From the NCBI RefSeq assembly GCF_006345805.1, contig NW_021826031.1, positions 604,566 to 668,565 of the forward strand: a stretch of DNA of 64,000 bases, written 5' to 3'. Within the stretch, counting starts at the first letter, position 1. Each line of letters opens with the position of its first letter. The notes beneath the pieces are model-generated. The model made no database searches. It was not told the DNA's origin and was given only the letters and a program-made list of their open reading frames with translations. The stretch comes from Octopus sinensis. Taxonomy: Eukaryota. Below, in pieces: positions 63,301 to 64,000 of this stretch. Position numbers and translations under genes: made by a program.

Positions 63301-64000
63301 AAAAACTAACCCCAGCCACGTCGTGAGATTTTTCCGTTTTTGCAGCGACCTGAGCTAAAAATTGGATGATTTTTTTGGTATTTTCAGTTTTTCCCGCTCC
63401 AGACTCTCCCCTAATTTGATTACCGGGTAATCAGTACGTGCAAAGAATCGACTGATTGTCCCGATCTACGTGTTTTGTGCAACAAAGCTACCCTGGATCA
63501 TATTTCTGTAAGCCTCAGACGCGATGGCGTACACGTGTGGAGGGAGCTCGGTCTTGCGTTTCGTGCTGTAGTGGTTGATGATTTGCGGTGTGTATATTGG
63601 CATCTTCCGGTAGGGGTTAATAACAACGCAGAACAGTCCAGAATAAGTCTGCTCATTAAAAATGGAAAATAGGCCATTTACATAAATTAGGCCAGCATTG
63701 TAGCGAAGACGGATATTGTGCAATACAGAGGCTTCATTTAGACACGTGAGCTCGGCCATGTCTTCAACTTTGTCAAATTTTGGTGGATTCATTTTGTGGA
63801 CATCCATTTTTGTAACGTTTTTTATTTGACCATTTTCTAGCTTGACTTCAATAATTTCCCCGTCGATGTTCGTGATGCTTCCTGCAACAAAGCCTTTTTC
63901 TGGATCTGATATCCATGCCATTTTCTTTGATGACCATTCTTTTAGTGCAGATTCGTCAGAGAGTTCATTCTCTTTTCTGCAGAGATCTTTTAGCACATCT
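57309..64000 (-). CDS. Myosin II heavy chain, copy 2 (start codon just beyond the window)
   Basis: ORF track identical to copy 1 at offset 27927. Same frame break at ~59482. Confidence 0.93.

Larger units (their letters stand above)
48319..64000. repeat. Segmental duplicate, copy 2 (runs off the window end)
   Basis: Direct repeat of 20543-36073 with three large indel differences in the first 2.4 kb. Confidence 0.97.

Overview
AT-rich eukaryotic, very probably animal, genomic DNA. It has two parts: a dense nest of transposable elements, and a small island of host genes present twice. The host genes are SPEF1-like (+), PP6 catalytic subunit (+) and a non-muscle-type myosin II heavy chain (-). 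They are split by about 46 spliceosomal micro-introns of 23-33 nt, all GT-AG except one GC-AG. The standard genetic code, myosin II, a ciliary gene and ~25-nt introns best fit a dicyemid-like mesozoan (inference). Positions 1031-17640 are one old Buster-type hAT element expanded by eight nested insertions: pogo, a CRE-clade LINE with a PHD-like finger, two Merlin copies, an R4-like LINE, a second hAT family, a deleted Tc1 and a younger copy of its own family. Most are delimited by visible TSDs. The middle of the window holds a Tc1 with an intact DD35E ORF, a broken MULE and a 5.2-kb satellite of 84/87-bp units. Positions 20543-36073 recur at 48319-64000, diverged at the left end and near-identical further right. 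The most unusual signals are the information-poor micro-introns, their presence inside hAT transposase genes, and the PHD-bearing CRE element. All coordinates were counted by hand. Frequent 1-bp deletions suggest some long-read assembly error.
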